64,000 nucleotides of DNA, taken from assembly GCA_048938105.1 (NCBI GenBank), contig JBHLMN010000003.1, positions 224,001-288,000 on the forward strand, in the 5' to 3' direction. This DNA comes from Promethearchaeota archaeon (GTDB taxonomy: Archaea; Asgardarchaeota; Heimdallarchaeia; Hodarchaeales; Hodarchaeaceae). The position numbers and the translations under genes are program-made. Numbering within the stretch: the stretch's first letter is position 1; each line of letters starts with the position of its first letter. The notes below the pieces were generated by a model that did no database searches, had not been told where the DNA came from, and worked only from the letters and a program-made list of their open reading frames with translations. Positions 60,778 through 64,000 of this stretch are shown here, piece by piece.

Positions 60778-61239
60778 ATGACCAAGCCGAAAGAGAAGAA
60801 AAAAAAATCTAAGAAAAAGGATTCTAAAAAGCTAATTGTAACTAAAAATGAATTCTTAAGATTACGGCCCGTTGTCAGCCCGTTTGTGCAGCAAAAGAGA
60901 AAAACAGACGAAGATCTGCTGTTAAAAATCGATTTACGTGAATTGAAAAAGAGAAGCCTCCTCAAAAGAATAGCTCCAACTCCTGATAGTAAAAAAATTC
61001 TTCTCGACAAATTAGGAAAAGATGTCTTTCTTTTATGTGATGGAAAGCACAAAGTCAAAGATATTATTAAAGAATTTCAGGCTAAATACCGCTTAACTCA
61101 GACGGAAACTGAAATTGCAGTCCAGAAGTATTTAATGAGTTTGACAGAACGTCATCTTATTGGATTTATGATACCTGAAGAAATTGTGAAGAATAAACAA
61201 TTATCTGGAGAGGCAATTGAAAAAGTTGTCATTGAATGA
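60778..61239 (+). CDS. PqqD-family / RiPP recognition element-like protein
   Basis: LDKLGKDVFLLCDGKHKVKDII…YLMSLTERHLI. Confidence 0.85.
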   Translation: MTKPKEKKKKSKKKDSKKLIVTKNEFLRLRPVVSPFVQQKRKTDEDLLLKIDLRELKKRSLLKRIAPTPDSKKILLDKLGKDVFLLCDGKHKVKDIIKEFQAKYRLTQTETEIAVQKYLMSLTERHLIGFMIPEEIVKNKQLSGEAIEKVVIE

Positions 61240-61345
61240 ATCCAGATTTATCTTGAGAGACTGGTTTTGGATCATCTTTTATATAAAGGACAATAAATTT
61301 CCATTTTATTCCTCTTTAAATTAATAAGAAATAAATGATGTGCAA

Positions 61346-64000
61346 ATGATTCTGATTTCAAATCAATTTCGAAGAGTTCTTCTTTTTTGTCTATTAATCC
61401 TAACTATAACAATTATAGTAGACATTAAACTCATTAAAAGTCCTCCAGCTAATGATATCAAGAGGTTGACTAATAATTCTCCTTTGTTATCGTCTATTAA
61501 GGAACCAATATCAAATTCACGAGAACTTATAGACTTTAATTATTTTGGTGACCAAATTACTGCTAGATACTTCAACAATATTAAAAATCATATAGGCAAT
61601 TTTTCTGGTTTCGGAAGTCGTGTTACGGGTTATACGGGATATGAACAAGCAACTAATTATATCCAAAATTTCTTCATAAAACAAAATTTAACACAGGTAC
61701 AAACCCTTTCGTATCCTCTCCTAATTCCGTATGATCGTGAGACAAGAATTACTCTTAAGGGGGAAAATTTTACAGCTCATGCTTTTATACCTAATTCTGC
61801 TCATGCTTGCAAAATTCCCTCTAATGGTTTATCTGGTACTTTAATTTATGGTGGCTTGGGAGAATACGCAGATTTAGATGGCAAAAAGATTGAAGATTCA
61901 ATTGTAGTTCTTGAATTCAATACTTGGAGCAATTGGATCAATGTGGCAAGTCTTGGAGCTCAAGCTGTCATTTTCTTACCACCAAAAGAACCTGATCGCT
62001 TTGAAGCTGCAGAGAAATCCATCGATATCCCCCTTTTCTTCCCCCGAATTTATATTAATAACACAATCTCTGCTGAAACCATAAGAAAGCTAAGTAATGA
62101 TAGGAATCATACTATCACACTTTTTTCAGACGTAAAATGGGTGTACAGTGAAGCAAAAAATATCATGGGAATTTTACCTGGATTGGATGATGAAATCATA
62201 ATTATATCTGCACATTATGATTCTTTTTCTGTAGTTCCTGCTATTGCTCCTGGTGCAGATGAAGCTTGTGGTATTGCGACTTTACTTGAACTTGTTCGCG
62301 TCATGAGAGATGAAAATATCACCCCCCAAAAAACAATAATGTTTTTAGCCCTCTCTGGTCATAATCAGGCTGCAGCAGGAGCAAGGGAATTTGTCTATCA
62401 AAATTATGAAATTTTAAATGCCAAAAAAGGGATTAAACTTTTTCTATCCCTTGATCTTTCAGCATCAAATAATAAAATCGCAATTAATCCCTATGGGTCC
62501 CTTTATAAGTATAATCTTAGATTTACCTCTGGAAACAACCTTTACACGAGGTTAAGAAATATTGCTGAAGATTTTCTGAGTGAATATGCCTCAAATATTC
62601 GTAAGGCTACTGGTTATTTGTTTAATGTTGAATCATATGTTAATTTGCAATATTTTGATGATATCGTGTCAATGAGCCCCATTGGGGATCATGAACCATT
62701 TATTGCCTCGAATGTATTAGGATTATCGCTTTCTACTATAGAATCTGATCGTTTAGTTATTAACACCCCATTAGACCTGGTTAATTATCTTCAACTTGAT
62801 ATGCTTAAATCGCAAGTTGTATACTCAATTTGTGCTATAGTACAGTTAGTCAGTTCTGAGAAAAATCTCGGAGATTATCTTGATTTAGCTCATAGAGAAT
62901 TCTCGTTGAAATCCTCGACATTTGTTGGATTTGGTAATATTGAAGGTTATTGTAAAGAATATAATGAGACAACAGGACGGTTAACTAACGTAGCTAATAC
63001 TGTAATTCGGGTAACCTCACGTGACCCAACTACAGGTATCCAAGGAATATGTTCTTATTATACCAAAGCTGATAAAAATGGATATTATCAAGTAAGAGGA
63101 GTCTCTTCTTCACGCCCTGATAATCCTCTTGAATTCTCTGTAGAAGCTTACATTTTTGATTTTGAAGGGAAATTGATAGGAGCGAATAATTTAGGCTCAT
63201 ATGGCCAAGCTTTTAAAAGAACGAAGCAATTAATCAGTAAAGAAACAACAATTAATCCAATGATATTTAATTGTGGCACAATTAGTATTTTTGGAGTATC
63301 ACATCCTTATTTTCAATATTCTTCGGCAGAGTTTCTCAATTACAAAGTTCTACATCCTGAAACCCAGATACAGCATTTTTCACATGGTTATTTAAGTACA
63401 AAATCCGCTAGTCTCGTATTTGTCTCTCCAAATACACCAGCAATATTAATTGGAGAATTTCCAGACGGAGTACAAGGAGTTTATGCAACAAATTCTAGTA
63501 CAGATATATTACAGGGATGGGGATTTCAGGTTCAAGAAGGTGAATTCAAAAATCTAGGTTTTTCAGCATTCATTACTTCTGAAGATATTCTATCCTTAAC
63601 ACAAGCATACATTGACCTTTATAAATCCTATAGTATTTATAATGATCAAGTTGAAAGAACCTTCCAGAGAACATTAACACTTATTGAGTCTGCAATTCAT
63701 CTAAAACAAGAGTTTGGATATTCAAAAGCTATTGAAACAATAATTGAGGCTCGAACCTGTTCATATAGTGCCCTTAATCAAGCTAAAAACGAAATTATGG
63801 GAGCAATGTCAGCAGCGCTTCTTTTTGCCTTTTTATTCATTCCGTTTTCGTTTATATTGTCTCAGCTTCTTTTTAATTTTAATTCATGGGTTAAGCAGGT
63901 TCTTATAACATGTTCGATCTATTCCCTAACGTTTAGCATTTTCTACTTAATTCATCCAGGGTTTCAGATCGCTCCTCATCTTATTATTACCCTTATAGGC
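61346..64000 (+). CDS. Large membrane protein with degenerate M28 peptidase/PA ectodomain then TM helices (probably M28-FtsX-type fusion); runs off the window
   Basis: Manual translation: signal anchor, GSRVTGY, SAHYDSFSVVPAIAPGADEA, LSGHNQ, then TM helices with HPGF. Absent from the ORF track. Confidence 0.85.
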   Translation, partial: MILISNQFRRVLLFCLLILTITIIVDIKLIKSPPANDIKRLTNNSPLLSSIKEPISNSRELIDFNYFGDQITARYFNNIKNHIGNFSGFGSRVTGYTGYEQATNYIQNFFIKQNLTQVQTLSYPLLIPYDRETRITLKGENFTAHAFIPNSAHACKIPSNGLSGTLIYGGLGEYADLDGKKIEDSIVVLEFNTWSNWINVASLGAQAVIFLPPKEPDRFEAAEKSIDIPLFFPRIYINNTISAETIRKLSNDRNHTITLFSDVKWVYSEAKNIMGILPGLDDEIIIISAHYDSFSVVPAIAPGADEACGIATLLELVRVMRDENITPQKTIMFLALSGHNQAAAGAREFVYQNYEILNAKKGIKLFLSLDLSASNNKIAINPYGSLYKYNLRFTSGNNLYTRLRNIAEDFLSEYASNIRKATGYLFNVESYVNLQYFDDIVSMSPIGDHEPFIASNVLGLSLSTIESDRLVINTPLDLVNYLQLDMLKSQVVYSICAIVQLVSSEKNLGDYLDLAHREFSLKSSTFVGFGNIEGYCKEYNETTGRLTNVANTVIRVTSRDPTTGIQGICSYYTKADKNGYYQVRGVSSSRPDNPLEFSVEAYIFDFEGKLIGANNLGSYGQAFKRTKQLISKETTINPMIFNCGTISIFGVSHPYFQYSSAEFLNYKVLHPETQIQHFSHGYLSTKSASLVFVSPNTPAILIGEFPDGVQGVYATNSSTDILQGWGFQVQEGEFKNLGFSAFITSEDILSLTQAYIDLYKSYSIYNDQVERTFQRTLTLIESAIHLKQEFGYSKAIETIIEARTCSYSALNQAKNEIMGAMSAALLFAFLFIPFSFILSQLLFNFNSWVKQVLITCSIYSLTFSIFYLIHPGFQIAPHLIITLIG

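Noticed and set aside
904-61058. Numerous short antisense or nested ORFs in the track (e.g. 2619-2927, 15362-15739, 32085-32483, 60612-61058)
   Set aside because: They are shadows of well-supported genes on the other strand or frame and carry no motifs.
1-64000. tRNA, rRNA, CRISPR arrays, prophage or integrase genes
   Set aside because: None recognised by eye in any intergenic interval. A tRNAscan/Infernal run would be needed to exclude small RNAs.

Overview
AT-rich archaeal chromosomal window, most likely from an Asgard archaeon (Heimdallarchaeia/Hodarchaeales-like). This is inferred from an archaeal histone, two Arf-like small GTPase fusions, a helical-solenoid plus Zn-finger/RING protein, kynureninase and C-terminally anchored surface proteins. 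In order, it contains: a partial histone gene; a CaCA exchanger and a SERCA-type ATPase; an IS1341-type tnpB element, with an apparently decayed miniature relative next to the histone promoter; a nikMNQO-nikR operon; assorted hydrolases; a ~15 kb glycoside/compatible-solute locus (MggS-like GT4, sugar ABC transporter with oversized permeases, GH13_18 phosphorylase with the glucosylglycerate signature, GT-A); a large surface glycoprotein; signalling genes; and, at the right end, a solenoid-RING gene, a stand-alone PqqD/RRE gene and a large truncated membrane protein with a degenerate nicalin/nicastrin-like M28 domain. I recognised no rRNA, tRNA or CRISPR array. All family assignments come from motifs read by eye; no searches were run.
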